From Alphaproteobacteria bacterium (lineage in GTDB: Bacteria > Pseudomonadota > Alphaproteobacteria > Rs-D84), in contig JAKSTB010000002.1 of assembly GCA_024402815.1 (NCBI GenBank), forward strand, positions 1 to 45,078: 45,078 bases of DNA, written 5' to 3'. The notes under the pieces are model-generated. The model saw nothing but the letters and a program-made list of their open reading frames with translations, had not been told where the DNA came from and did not search any database. Both the position numbers and the translations under genes were made by a program. Shown piece by piece: positions 27,580 to 37,774 of the stretch (positions are counted from its first letter, which is position 1; each line of letters opens with the position of its first letter).

Positions 27580-28659
27580 ATGGGATTTAATTGTGGAATT
27601 GTTGGTTTACCAAATGTTGGAAAATCTACCCTGTTTAATGCATTAACACAAAGTGCCGCGGCAGATGCGCAAAATTATCCTTTTTGCACAATAGAGCCAA
27701 ATACCGGCCGTGTTGTTGTTCCAGACAGTACTTTGTTAAATCTGGCCCAGGTCGCAGGTGCCGAACGTATTATACCAACACAATTGGAAATAGTTGATAT
27801 TGCAGGTCTGGTCAAAGGTGCATCCAGTGGTGAAGGTTTGGGAAATAAATTTTTATCTAATATTTTAGAAACAGACGCAATAATTCATGTTGTTCGTTGT
27901 TTTGAAAATGATGATATTGTTCATGTAAATGGAAAAATAGATCCTTTAAGTGATATTGAAACAATTGAAACAGAATTAATGTTAGCGGATATTGAAAGTT
28001 TAGATAATCAAATTAAAAAGTTAGAAAAAAAAGTTCATGGCCAAGATAAAAATGCTGCTAAATTATTAGCCGATGCCACATCTATTAAATCACAACTTGA
28101 AAAATCTGTTCCGGCGCGCGATCAAGATGTTGATGCCACACCTTTTAATTTATTAACGAAAAAGCCGGTAATTTATGTATGTAACGTGGAAGAAGCCGCC
28201 GCCAGTACCGGTAATAAATATTCAGATTTAGTTCGTGAAAAATATTCAAACAAAGCACCTGTGTTGATAATTTCTTCAAAAATAGAAATGGAAATAGCCC
28301 AAATAGTTGATGTTGAAGAAAGAAAAATGTTTTTAAATGAACTGGGGTTAAATGAATCGGGTCTGGACCAGGTTATACACACAGGTTATGATACACTTGG
28401 TTTGCAAACCTTTTATACGGTTGGCCCAAAAGAAGCGCACGCTTGGACAATTACCAAAGGTATGACCGCACCCCAGGCCGCCGGCAAAATCCACAGTGAT
28501 TTTGAACGTGGATTTATTCGTGCAGAAATAATTTCCCCATCTGATTATTTACAATATGGTGGTGAAGTTGCTGTTAAAGAAGCTGGAAAAATGCGTCTTG
28601 TCGGCAAAGAATATGTTATGCAAGATGGTGATATATGCCATTTCTTGTTTAATGTTTAA
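27580..28659 (+). CDS. ychF: ribosome-binding ATPase YchF
   Basis: GIVGLPNVGKST P-loop with full-length OLA1/YchF pattern. Confidence 0.95.
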   Translation: MGFNCGIVGLPNVGKSTLFNALTQSAAADAQNYPFCTIEPNTGRVVVPDSTLLNLAQVAGAERIIPTQLEIVDIAGLVKGASSGEGLGNKFLSNILETDAIIHVVRCFENDDIVHVNGKIDPLSDIETIETELMLADIESLDNQIKKLEKKVHGQDKNAAKLLADATSIKSQLEKSVPARDQDVDATPFNLLTKKPVIYVCNVEEAAASTGNKYSDLVREKYSNKAPVLIISSKIEMEIAQIVDVEERKMFLNELGLNESGLDQVIHTGYDTLGLQTFYTVGPKEAHAWTITKGMTAPQAAGKIHSDFERGFIRAEIISPSDYLQYGGEVAVKEAGKMRLVGKEYVMQDGDICHFLFNV

Positions 28660-28663
28660 TATA

Positions 28664-28700
28664 AAAATACCGGTATTTTCTTAAAAAAAGCCGGTATTTT
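28664..28700. terminator. bidirectional hairpin (AAAATACCGG / CCGGTATTTT, 17-nt loop)
   Basis: Same 10-bp arms as at 8890 and 44986, here at 28664-28673 and 28691-28700. The first arm is also part of the 16-nt palindrome AAAATACCGGTATTTT. Confidence 0.55.
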
Positions 28701-28872
28701 TAATAATATTTTTTGTTTAACAAAATAAATATATGTGATATTTTTTATTCTGCAAACGTAATACCCTGGGGCTTGCCCCGTGGGTGATTTATTTTATATT
28801 TAACTGGTCGACACACTACGAAAAAAATAGCTGATAATTTTTTGAAAATTATAAAAACCCAACAAAGATAAA

Positions 28873-30507
28873 TTATTTATCTTCTATATCAAATAACATA
28901 TCAAGTTTTTCTTTGGCTTCATTTATTTTGATATTAATTTGATTGGTTAATTCTGTGATTTCTTCCCCAGATTTATTTGTCTTGAAACCATCATTTATAA
29001 TATCTTCTTTTTCTTTATTTAATTTTGATATATATCTTTGTAATTTTAGAGATGCGATAAATTTTTCTGCGTCAGCCAAACTTAAATCTGTTTTTTCAAC
29101 ATCTTCATCAAAAGACATATTTAATGTTGTTAAAAAATCCATGTGTTTTTCGACCAATTCTGGATATGTTTGAACCACAGATTTTAAAATTTGTGATGTC
29201 ATAGCATCTATATCTGGAATATCAATTTCAGGTGTATATTTTTTTTGTTTCCATTTATGCCATTGATTAAATTTTCGATTGTTATAATCTTGTTCAATTT
29301 CATTTTGGAAAATTTTATCTTTTATTTTTGATGTGCAATCTTTCAAAAATTTTTCCGCTTGGGTTCTGCCACCTGGGGTGGTAATTAAATAATTTTTATT
29401 TGCGCTGTCCCATAAAAAATCAATCAAAGGAACAGATTTGTTAATAATTTCCCGCATAGCAGATTCGCCATGTGTTTTTAAAACTTCGTCTGGATCTTTA
29501 CCACCGGTTACAAAAGCAAAACGAACATCACTGTTATCACGCAAAAAAGGCAAAACCAAAATACATGCCCTGACCGCAGCTTTTTGTCCTGCGGCATCAC
29601 CATCAAAACAAAATGTAATATTTCTGTTTGCTTTGCAAATAATAGCAATATGATCTTCAGTTAATGCGGTTCCCAATGGCGCAACGGTTTCTGGAAAACC
29701 ATGATTTTGCATTTGAATCGCATCTATTTGACCTTCGACTATGATTGTTCTGTTTTGACGATGAATTGCATCACGTGCAAAATTAAACCCAAATATAGTT
29801 TGACGTTTATGGAATAATTCTGTGTCGGTTGTGTTTATATATTTTGGTTCAGAACCATCCAAGGATCGCCCAGAAAACGCAACAATTTGATTATGTGCAT
29901 TGAATATAGGAAACATCAATTTATCACGAAAGAAATCATATGGGCCATAATTTCCAATGCGTACCAAACCTGTTGCAACCAATTTATCTGATTTAATATT
30001 TACAAAATGGGACGAAATAATATTGTTTTTTGGTGCATAACCAATTTTATATTTTTTTATCATTTCATCACTGAAACCGCGATTTTTTATATAATCTAAT
30101 GCGAACTTTCCAGATTCAGAATACAATAAATCTTGATATATTTTTGCGCTGTCTTCTGTAATTTTTACATAGGTTTGTTCTGCTTCGATTTGTTCTGATG
30201 ATTTTTGTTTTATCTCTGGTACCTTGATACCAGCCATATCCGCCAATTCGGTTATAGCAGTTTTGAAATCTACATTTTCAGATTTCATTACAAAAGATAT
30301 AATATCACCATGTTCGCTACAACCAAAACAATGATAAAAACCTTTTTCTTCGGATACAGAAAACGAAGGTGTTTTTTCATTATGAAATGGACAACAACCC
30401 CAATAATTTTGACCCTTCTTGTTCAGCGGTACACGACGGGAAACCACGTCTACAATGGATAAACGTTGTCTTAATTCATCGGTAAAAGAATTATCAAATT
30501 TTGACAA
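28873..30507 (-). CDS. dnaG: DNA primase
   Basis: Zinc finger CCPFHNEKTPSFSV...HCFGC and Toprim IIVEGQIDA. TTG start directly abuts the topA stop. Confidence 0.93.
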   Translation of the reverse strand: MSKFDNSFTDELRQRLSIVDVVSRRVPLNKKGQNYWGCCPFHNEKTPSFSVSEEKGFYHCFGCSEHGDIISFVMKSENVDFKTAITELADMAGIKVPEIKQKSSEQIEAEQTYVKITEDSAKIYQDLLYSESGKFALDYIKNRGFSDEMIKKYKIGYAPKNNIISSHFVNIKSDKLVATGLVRIGNYGPYDFFRDKLMFPIFNAHNQIVAFSGRSLDGSEPKYINTTDTELFHKRQTIFGFNFARDAIHRQNRTIIVEGQIDAIQMQNHGFPETVAPLGTALTEDHIAIICKANRNITFCFDGDAAGQKAAVRACILVLPFLRDNSDVRFAFVTGGKDPDEVLKTHGESAMREIINKSVPLIDFLWDSANKNYLITTPGGRTQAEKFLKDCTSKIKDKIFQNEIEQDYNNRKFNQWHKWKQKKYTPEIDIPDIDAMTSQILKSVVQTYPELVEKHMDFLTTLNMSFDEDVEKTDLSLADAEKFIASLKLQRYISKLNKEKEDIINDGFKTNKSGEEITELTNQINIKINEAKEKLDMLFDIEDK

Positions 30508-32760
30508 TTATTTTGACCTTTTTTTGAAAGGCGTTTTTGTTTTTTTACTGTTAATTAAATCAATTGCTTCGGATAAACTGGGTTGTTCTTTCACAGAAAC
30601 ATTTACACGATTAGATGATAAATATGGACCATATCTACCGTCTGGATAATAATAAATTGGTTTGTCTGTTTCTGGATTTTTACCTAAAATTATTGGTTCG
30701 ATTTTCTTTTTTTCTGAATTCAATAATTCTTTGGCGATATCCAAAGTAATTGTTTCAAAATTATATTTTTTAGCAGTAACATTTTTTTCGCCATTTGTAA
30801 CATATGGACCATATTTACCAATTTTGAAAAATATATTTTCGCCCAAATCTTTTTCAGTTTGTGTTTTTATTTCACCAACTTGTTCAGGTTCTTTGTCTGT
30901 ATCTAAACCGTCAGCAATTTTCATTGTAAAATCACATTTTGGATAATTACTGCACCCAACAAACGCACCGTATTTAGATAATTTTATACCCAATTTTGCA
31001 CCACATTTTGGACATTTATCGGAACCATCTTTGAATAAATGAGAATGCATAAATTCATTTATATTATCAATAATATCTGTGGTTTTAATATCTTTGGCCG
31101 TCAAAATAGTTTCGTTTGTTGGTGTCCAGAAAGATTGCAAAGATGACAATTTATCTTTTTTACCATTTGATACATCATCCAATGTATCTTCTGTTTTTGC
31201 GGTGAAATTAACATCAACTAAATCTTTAAAATAATTAGATAAATAAGAAACCAAAACCCAACCAGCAATTGTTGGATGGAATCTGTGTTGTTTATCTTGA
31301 TCAACATATTTTCTGTCGACAATTGTTGACATAATAGTTGCATATGTTGATGGACGACCAATTCCTAATTCTTCCAATTTTTTAACCAAGGATGCTTCTG
31401 TGAATCGTGCAGGTGGTTGAGTAAAATGTTGTTCAGGAATCAAAGATTTAATTTGAATTTCATCATTTATATTTAATTCAGGCAATTTAATTTCGCCATC
31501 TTCTTTTTCATCATCCATATCTTCGATATAAACTTTCATAAATCCGTCAAAAATACGCGTAGTTCCAACACAATGGAAAGTTGCAGATTTTACATCTATA
31601 TCCACAGACACAGAATCAAAAATCGCATTTGACATTTGACAAGCAATGGTTCTTTTCCAAATCAAATTATACAATTTCAATTCATCACCAGATAAATCTG
31701 CGTTTTGATTCAAGAAGTGTGTAGGACGAATTGCTTCGTGTGCTTCCTGGGCATTTTTAGATTTTGTAACATATATGTTTGGTTGATTTGGAATAAATTT
31801 ATTTCCATATTCTTTTGTTATATATTCGCGAATTTCATCAACCGCTTCTTTGGATAAGTTAGTGGCATCAGTACGCATATATGTGATAAAACCTTGTTCA
31901 TACAATTTTTGTGCGGTTGCCATAGTGCGTTTAGATGAAAAATGCAATTTACGTGCCGCTTCCTGTTGCAATGTAGATGTTGTAAATGGTGCCGCGGCAT
32001 GACGTTGAATCTGTTTCTTTTCTATCTGGGAAACACGACCAACATTTGGCGTATCTATGTTGAATAAAATTTTATCAACCATATATTTATTTGATAGGGT
32101 TAATTTTTCAATTTTATCACCATTGAATTTTACCAAGTTAGCATTAAATTCGTTTTTGTCTTTGCCACAATTTGCAGCCACAGACCAATATTCCACAGGG
32201 TTAAAACTTTCAATTTCTTTTTCGCGATCCACAACTAACTTCACAGCCACAGATTGAACGCGTCCCGCGGATTTACCTAAATTTCTTTTCCATAATAATG
32301 GTGATACACCAAAACCAATTAAATAATCCAGAATTCTGCGCACTAAATACGCATCAACCAAATTATTATCTATTTCGCGTGGATTTTTCAGTGCTTCCAA
32401 TATAGCATTTTTTGTAATTTCGTGGAAAGCCACACGATAAACTTTTTTACCCTTTAATACATTTCTGGAATTCAAAATATCATTGATATGCCAAGCAATT
32501 GCTTCCCCTTCACGATCAGGATCTGATGCCAAATAAACCGCGTCCGCTTTCTTTAATTCATCTGTGATTAATTTCAATTGTTTTTCTTTGCCAGGCATGA
32601 TTTGCCATTTTGGTTGAAAATCGTGTTCTGTATCAACACTGCCAGATTCTGGAATCAAATCACGAACATGTCCTATGGACGCAACAACACGCCATCCATT
32701 ACCCAGATATTTTTCAATAGTTTTTGCTTTTGATGGAGATTCTACGATTAAAAGATTCAT
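30508..32760 (-). CDS. topA: DNA topoisomerase I
   Basis: MNLLIVESPSKAKTIEKYLG Toprim N-terminus and one C-terminal zinc ribbon CPKC...CSNYPKC. Confidence 0.95.
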   Translation of the reverse strand: MNLLIVESPSKAKTIEKYLGNGWRVVASIGHVRDLIPESGSVDTEHDFQPKWQIMPGKEKQLKLITDELKKADAVYLASDPDREGEAIAWHINDILNSRNVLKGKKVYRVAFHEITKNAILEALKNPREIDNNLVDAYLVRRILDYLIGFGVSPLLWKRNLGKSAGRVQSVAVKLVVDREKEIESFNPVEYWSVAANCGKDKNEFNANLVKFNGDKIEKLTLSNKYMVDKILFNIDTPNVGRVSQIEKKQIQRHAAAPFTTSTLQQEAARKLHFSSKRTMATAQKLYEQGFITYMRTDATNLSKEAVDEIREYITKEYGNKFIPNQPNIYVTKSKNAQEAHEAIRPTHFLNQNADLSGDELKLYNLIWKRTIACQMSNAIFDSVSVDIDVKSATFHCVGTTRIFDGFMKVYIEDMDDEKEDGEIKLPELNINDEIQIKSLIPEQHFTQPPARFTEASLVKKLEELGIGRPSTYATIMSTIVDRKYVDQDKQHRFHPTIAGWVLVSYLSNYFKDLVDVNFTAKTEDTLDDVSNGKKDKLSSLQSFWTPTNETILTAKDIKTTDIIDNINEFMHSHLFKDGSDKCPKCGAKLGIKLSKYGAFVGCSNYPKCDFTMKIADGLDTDKEPEQVGEIKTQTEKDLGENIFFKIGKYGPYVTNGEKNVTAKKYNFETITLDIAKELLNSEKKKIEPIILGKNPETDKPIYYYPDGRYGPYLSSNRVNVSVKEQPSLSEAIDLINSKKTKTPFKKRSK

Positions 32761-32763
32761 TTT

Positions 32764-33909
32764 TTAAAACCCCTTGGATGATAATTGTTGGTCTTTGTAT
32801 ATGTGTGCATTTTGACATAATCCAAAACCAAAAAGTAAAGATATCAAACTGCTGCCACCAAAAGACATAAGCGGTAAAGGAACACCAACTGTTGGTGCCA
32901 ATCCCAATACCATGGATATATTTATAAAATAATAAACGAAAAAGTTCAACATAAAACCGAAACAGACCAATTGACCAAAACGATTTCTGCAAGTTTTGGC
33001 GCACCAGAACAAAATAGCAACGATAAATGTATATATTGTTAACAAAATAAACGCACCTATAAATCCAAATTCTTCACCCAACATAGTGAATATAAAATCG
33101 GTTTGTTTTTCAGGTAAAAATGATTGTTGAGATTGTGTTCCAGATAAATAACCTTTACCGATTATTCCACCCGAACCAAATGCAATTTTTGCCTGATTTA
33201 TTTGATAACCAGCCCCTTGGGAATCTTTGTCTGGATTCAAAAAGGTTATAATTCTGTCGCGTTGATAATCATGCATTGCGCCATACCAAACCGCAGGCAA
33301 AGATAATAAACCCAATACAAACGCAATTAAAAACCATTTTTTATTTGCACCAACTATATAAAACATACCCAGTGTAATTAAACCCAAAGACACCCCTGTT
33401 CCAAGATCGGGTTGTGCACAAATTAAACCAAAAGGAAACAACAACAATAATGTTGGGACCATGTAATTTTTTATCTGTAATAATTCAACTGAATTTTTCC
33501 ATGCAAAATAACGCGCCAGCGCCAAAACCAACATAGGCTTTATGATTTCAGATGGTTGTAAATTTATAAACCCAAGCGACAGCCATCTTTGTGCGCCCAT
33601 ACCTACATTACCAACAAAAGTTACCAATAAAACCAAAATCAGCGCGATTGCATACCAAAAATATGCTGTTTTTATCCAAAATTTGATGTTTGAAAAAGCC
33701 ACCAAGAAGAAGATAAACATACCCAACATAATTTTTAATAATTGGGACATAGCAAAGGGATGCCATGAACCACCACCCGCACTGAACAAAACAACCAAAG
33801 ATAAAATTAAAACAACACACATAGGAATAAATAATACCCATGAAAAACGCGACAGCTTTTCACAGAAAGTCATCATATTAGCATTAGAAACACGTGTTGT
33901 TGTTGACAT
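32764..33909 (-). CDS. rodA: peptidoglycan glycosyltransferase RodA (SEDS family)
   Basis: 381-aa polytopic FtsW/RodA pattern, immediately after mrdA. Confidence 0.9.
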   Translation of the reverse strand: MSTTTRVSNANMMTFCEKLSRFSWVLFIPMCVVLILSLVVLFSAGGGSWHPFAMSQLLKIMLGMFIFFLVAFSNIKFWIKTAYFWYAIALILVLLVTFVGNVGMGAQRWLSLGFINLQPSEIIKPMLVLALARYFAWKNSVELLQIKNYMVPTLLLLFPFGLICAQPDLGTGVSLGLITLGMFYIVGANKKWFLIAFVLGLLSLPAVWYGAMHDYQRDRIITFLNPDKDSQGAGYQINQAKIAFGSGGIIGKGYLSGTQSQQSFLPEKQTDFIFTMLGEEFGFIGAFILLTIYTFIVAILFWCAKTCRNRFGQLVCFGFMLNFFVYYFINISMVLGLAPTVGVPLPLMSFGGSSLISLLFGFGLCQNAHIYKDQQLSSKGF

Positions 33910-33910
33910 T

Positions 33911-35677
33911 TTATTTTAATAATTCCTTCATAATTCTTGCAGTTGCATGTGCGGCAGGACTGCTGCCACCTGCATGTTCCATTATTATGCATACAGCATA
34001 TTTTGGGTCTTTTGTTGGGGCGTACCCTACAAATAAACCATGGTTTCGTAAATTCCATTTTAATTGTTCTGTTGTTAAAACACCTTTTTCTCGTTCAGAT
34101 TTTGAAATATTACGAACCTGGGATGTTCCTGTTTTGCCACCCATTTTCTTGCCGTTAACATTTATAGCACTGCCCGATGCTGTGCCACCTTTTTGGGTAA
34201 CCTGTTCCAGACCATTTAACACAAATCTTAAGTTTTTCTCTTGGATACCAAGGTCCGCAAAACCAGGATTTGAATTGCTGTAAATCAAATGAGGTACAAC
34301 CTGTTTATTAGATGCAACACGCGCCATCATTACGGCCAATTGCAAACAATTTGTTAAAATGAACCCTTGGCCAATGCCGGAAATAACTGTATCCCCATGA
34401 ACCCACGAAGAACCTATGTTTTGTTCTTTCCAATATCTGTCAGGTATAACACCCGCCATTTCATGTGCCAAAACATCATCCATATATTTTTGATTTAACC
34501 CTAACTTTAATGCCATTTGTTTAATTGCATCAATACCTATACGCAGGGCAACCTGATAAAAATATACGTCGCAAGAATGTTTCAATGCGCCAGCCAAATC
34601 AACCCAGCCATGACCTTTCTTTTCCCAACAATGATATTTATGATTTCCATATTCCCAATATCCACGACAAAAGATTTTTTCTTTCGGGGTTATCGCGCCA
34701 CTTTCCAAAGCGGCCAAAGCCACCACAATTTTGAATGTAGATCCAGGTGGATATAAACCCTCTATCGTTTTATTCATAAAAGGTTTTGCAACATCTGTTA
34801 AAAGTGAAGAAATGTATTCTTCGCCATCATCTGTTCTAAAATTATTTGGATCAAAACTGGGGGTAGATGCCATCGCCAATATAGCACCTGTTTCTATATC
34901 TAAAACGACACCACAACCCGCACGATTCATAGTTAAAGAATCATATAAAATTTTTTGTACATTATCACGAATAGTTGTTTTTAAATCATGACCAGGTATA
35001 GGGGAAATATATTGAGTTTTATCTTCGCCTGTGATTCGTCCCACAGCATTAGCAATCAAGACACTTTGTCCCATTTTGCCGGCGATATCGTCATTAAATC
35101 TTTTTTCCAAACCATTTATACCCGTTGTAAAAAATGGTGCATTTGGAACAGGTTTTTTAGGGGCACCAACATAACCAAATATTTGTGCACCCGCAGGTCC
35201 CATTTCGTATACGCGTGAAAAGCCTGTGTTTACGTGCAGGCCTGGAATATTTTTAGCGGCCAAACGTGCCAATGTATTCCAATTTGAATTTTCACTGATT
35301 AAAACAGGTTGAAAAGCCTTTTGTTTTTTTATTGTTCGCCAAATTCTATCAACTGTCTTTTTGCGCAGATTCAAATCGTTTTTTACAGTTTCTATTAAAC
35401 CATCTAAATCGTTCGTTTCTTCTGGTATAACGTAAATTCTGTATGTTTGTGTATCGCGGGAAATTATTGACCCAGATTCAGATAATATATTGCCACGCTG
35501 TGCGATAAAGGCCTGGGTTCTAAATGAATTGTGTTCACTTTTTTTTGTGTATTCTTTGTAATTAAAAACCTGCATTTGTAACATGCGCAATATCAAAAAA
35601 GAAGTAAAAGCCACACCACCCGTTAAAAACAAGGCACTACGTCTGTCAAAAGTGCGTGCAACTTCTGTATCTATCAT
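33911..35677 (-). CDS. mrdA: penicillin-binding protein 2
   Basis: STFK (SxxK) and KTGTS motifs. mreCD-mrdA-rodA order. Confidence 0.92.
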   Translation of the reverse strand: MIDTEVARTFDRRSALFLTGGVAFTSFLILRMLQMQVFNYKEYTKKSEHNSFRTQAFIAQRGNILSESGSIISRDTQTYRIYVIPEETNDLDGLIETVKNDLNLRKKTVDRIWRTIKKQKAFQPVLISENSNWNTLARLAAKNIPGLHVNTGFSRVYEMGPAGAQIFGYVGAPKKPVPNAPFFTTGINGLEKRFNDDIAGKMGQSVLIANAVGRITGEDKTQYISPIPGHDLKTTIRDNVQKILYDSLTMNRAGCGVVLDIETGAILAMASTPSFDPNNFRTDDGEEYISSLLTDVAKPFMNKTIEGLYPPGSTFKIVVALAALESGAITPKEKIFCRGYWEYGNHKYHCWEKKGHGWVDLAGALKHSCDVYFYQVALRIGIDAIKQMALKLGLNQKYMDDVLAHEMAGVIPDRYWKEQNIGSSWVHGDTVISGIGQGFILTNCLQLAVMMARVASNKQVVPHLIYSNSNPGFADLGIQEKNLRFVLNGLEQVTQKGGTASGSAINVNGKKMGGKTGTSQVRNISKSEREKGVLTTEQLKWNLRNHGLFVGYAPTKDPKYAVCIIMEHAGGSSPAAHATARIMKELLK

Positions 35678-35680
35678 TTT

Positions 35681-36157
35681 TTATCGCGTATCTGTTATGC
35701 TTTTCCTTTTGTATTTAAACAAACTATCAATAGATGTTATTGGCATGTATAAAACATTTAACCACACGAATAACCATAAATTATTTATTAAATTTTTCCA
35801 GGTTAAATTTGCAAAAATTAAAATAAAAATTCCTGCCCCAGTAAACAACATAAATAAATACATCGCGTTTCTGTCCATATGTGGAACATCTACATATTTT
35901 TGGAAACCGTTTATTGCATATGCTAAACAAAAAAATGATGTCCAAAACAAAGGCAGTCCACATCTGTAATCTATTAAAAAGCAAAACAGTAATGCAAAAC
36001 CCGCAAACCAATATATTTGTTTAACAAATGTGTAATAAAAAATTGGAATCAAGGCCAAGATTCCACCGGGATTCCAAAAATACACACTTAACCGCCATAA
36101 AAATATGGTGACCAAGAAGGGAAACAGTGTAAAAAATACAAGTTTTACATTATTCAT
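35681..36157 (-). CDS. mreD: rod shape-determining protein MreD
   Basis: 158-aa polytopic protein between mreC and mrdA. Confidence 0.7.
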   Translation of the reverse strand: MNNVKLVFFTLFPFLVTIFLWRLSVYFWNPGGILALIPIFYYTFVKQIYWFAGFALLFCFLIDYRCGLPLFWTSFFCLAYAINGFQKYVDVPHMDRNAMYLFMLFTGAGIFILIFANLTWKNLINNLWLFVWLNVLYMPITSIDSLFKYKRKSITDTR

Positions 36158-37065
36158 TATTTATATGAACCATTGTTATCAAATTTTAATACTAATACTC
36201 TGGAAATTTTATTTGGTGATAACACATCAACGCGTGTTTCATCTATCATATCCCCAACGTATATCCCAGAGGGTAAAATACCACTGATATTACTGGTTAT
36301 AACTTTTAATCCCTGGCGACCTGAAAATTGTGTGTCGCTGAAGAAACCAACCGAAGCACCTGTTTTACCATTTCCCTGTAAAAATCCGGAAACATCTGCC
36401 CCGGCAATTCGTATGGCGACATTTGAATCAGAATCACTTAAAGCACGAACCCTACAAAATTGAGAGCCACAATCAGATATCATACCAACCATTCTGTTAT
36501 CAAAAGAAACGACCACCATTCCGCGTTCTAATCCTGATTGTGTTCCGCGGTTTATCAAAAATGTAGTATGATGAAACACAGAATCATTAAATTGTATATC
36601 TGCAACAACAGTTGAATAAGGCGACGATTTTTTTACATCCAATTCTTGTTCTAATCTTTTATTTTCTGCCAAAGCAACTTCATATTCATATTTTTGACTT
36701 AACAAAGTATCTAATTTTTCGCGCAATCTTTTGTTTTCCGCGCGGATTTGGGATGTTTCTCGCACCCATGTTATACTGTTCCCAACCACATGTATGGGCC
36801 ATGTAACAACATCGCCTACGAAATTAGCCACGGGCAACACAACATGTGCCAAACCGTTCATAATCGTATAATCTGGCTTTGAAATCATAACATAAATGAA
36901 AAAGACAGGAACCGCGATAGCCGCCAAAGTGGATTTTAAGATTTTTATCAGCTTGTAAGATAATTTGTCTTTCGTCATGAAAAATACTTTAAACGCAAAA
37001 ATTCCAATATTCAATAAAAACTTGATTTTTCTTTTTAATATGTCAAAATAAGCATCAGCCGACAT
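36157..37065 (-). CDS. mreC: rod shape-determining protein MreC
   Basis: N-terminal TM segment, coiled coil (ENKRLREKL...ENKRLEQEL) and a beta-rich C-terminal domain. Confidence 0.85.
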   Translation of the reverse strand: MSADAYFDILKRKIKFLLNIGIFAFKVFFMTKDKLSYKLIKILKSTLAAIAVPVFFIYVMISKPDYTIMNGLAHVVLPVANFVGDVVTWPIHVVGNSITWVRETSQIRAENKRLREKLDTLLSQKYEYEVALAENKRLEQELDVKKSSPYSTVVADIQFNDSVFHHTTFLINRGTQSGLERGMVVVSFDNRMVGMISDCGSQFCRVRALSDSDSNVAIRIAGADVSGFLQGNGKTGASVGFFSDTQFSGRQGLKVITSNISGILPSGIYVGDMIDETRVDVLSPNKISRVLVLKFDNNGSYK

Positions 37066-37105
37066 GGCAAGGCGTTGCCACGAGGTTTATAAAAAAGGAT
37101 AAAAA

Positions 37106-37309
37106 ATGCCAAAATTAAAAACAAAATCATATATGAAAAAACGTGCGTCCATGACTGCAAGCGGTAAAATCCGCGTTGCAAGAAACGCCCACCACAAATG
37201 TCTGTTGCATAAATCCAAACGCGCTAATAACGCGGGGACCAAGCCACAGTATCTGAACAAAAACATGGAAGGTCAGGCTAAAATCTTGGCTCCATATGGA
37301 TTGAAATAA
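37106..37309 (+). CDS. rpmI: 50S ribosomal protein L35
   Basis: MPKLKTKS N-terminus, 67 aa, precedes rplT. Confidence 0.92.
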   Translation: MPKLKTKSYMKKRASMTASGKIRVARNAHHKCLLHKSKRANNAGTKPQYLNKNMEGQAKILAPYGLK

Positions 37310-37320
37310 AGGGGGCTATC

Positions 37321-37689
37321 ATGGCAAGAGTAAAACGTGGAACTACTGTTAAACAAAAACACAGCAAGATTCTGGATAGAGCCAAAGGTTATTTGGGTCG
37401 TCATCATTCTACTTATCGTGCAGCACGTGAAAAAACCGAAAAAGCGGGTCAATATGCATACCGTGATCGCCGTCAAAAGAAACGCGATTTCCGTTCTTTG
37501 TGGATTGTGCGTATCAATGCAGCTGTTCGTCCTGAAGGTTTAACATACAGTCAATTTATGAATGGTTTGAAAAAAGCGGGTGTTACTTTGGATCGCAAAG
37601 TTTTGGCCCAAATGGCATATGATGCCGATAAAAACTTCAAAACATTGGTTGACACTGCAAAACGATTTATTGCCGAATCTGTTAAATAA
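37321..37689 (+). CDS. rplT: 50S ribosomal protein L20
   Basis: [19 protein letters not shown]-terminus with full-length L20 pattern. Confidence 0.95.
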   Translation: MARVKRGTTVKQKHSKILDRAKGYLGRHHSTYRAAREKTEKAGQYAYRDRRQKKRDFRSLWIVRINAAVRPEGLTYSQFMNGLKKAGVTLDRKVLAQMAYDADKNFKTLVDTAKRFIAESVK

Positions 37690-37726
37690 CACATTACGGC
37701 GTGTTTGTTTTGTTTAAAATATAAAA

Positions 37727-37756
37727 AAGGCCGTATATATGCGGCCTTGCTTTTTT
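37727..37756 (+). terminator. intrinsic terminator between rplT and pheS (possible attenuator)
   Basis: AAGGCCG (37727-37733) / CGGCCTT (37742-37748), 8-nt loop, then GCTTTTTT. Confidence 0.7.
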
Positions 37757-37774
37757 ATAAGATGGGGAAAACAA

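Noticed and set aside
37066-37080. Small hairpin GGCAA-GGCG-TTGCC in the 40-nt mreC/rpmI spacer as an L20 autoregulatory site
   Set aside because: It has only a 5-bp stem, no pseudoknot partner was identified, and the evidence is insufficient.
37701-37724. pheM-like leader peptide (GTG TTT GTT TTG TTT AAA ATA TAA, MFVLFKI) between rplT and pheS
   Set aside because: It has only two Phe codons, a GTG start and no SD. A ribosome at its stop codon would mask the terminator's 5' arm, which is the wrong polarity for attenuation. The hairpin is kept only as a terminator or possible attenuator.
37739-37774. Upstream in-frame ATG extending pheS by 12 codons (MRPCFFIRWGKQ)
   Set aside because: The ATG lies inside the rplT-pheS terminator hairpin. 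ATG 37775 has a GGGGA SD and gives the conserved PheS N-terminus.
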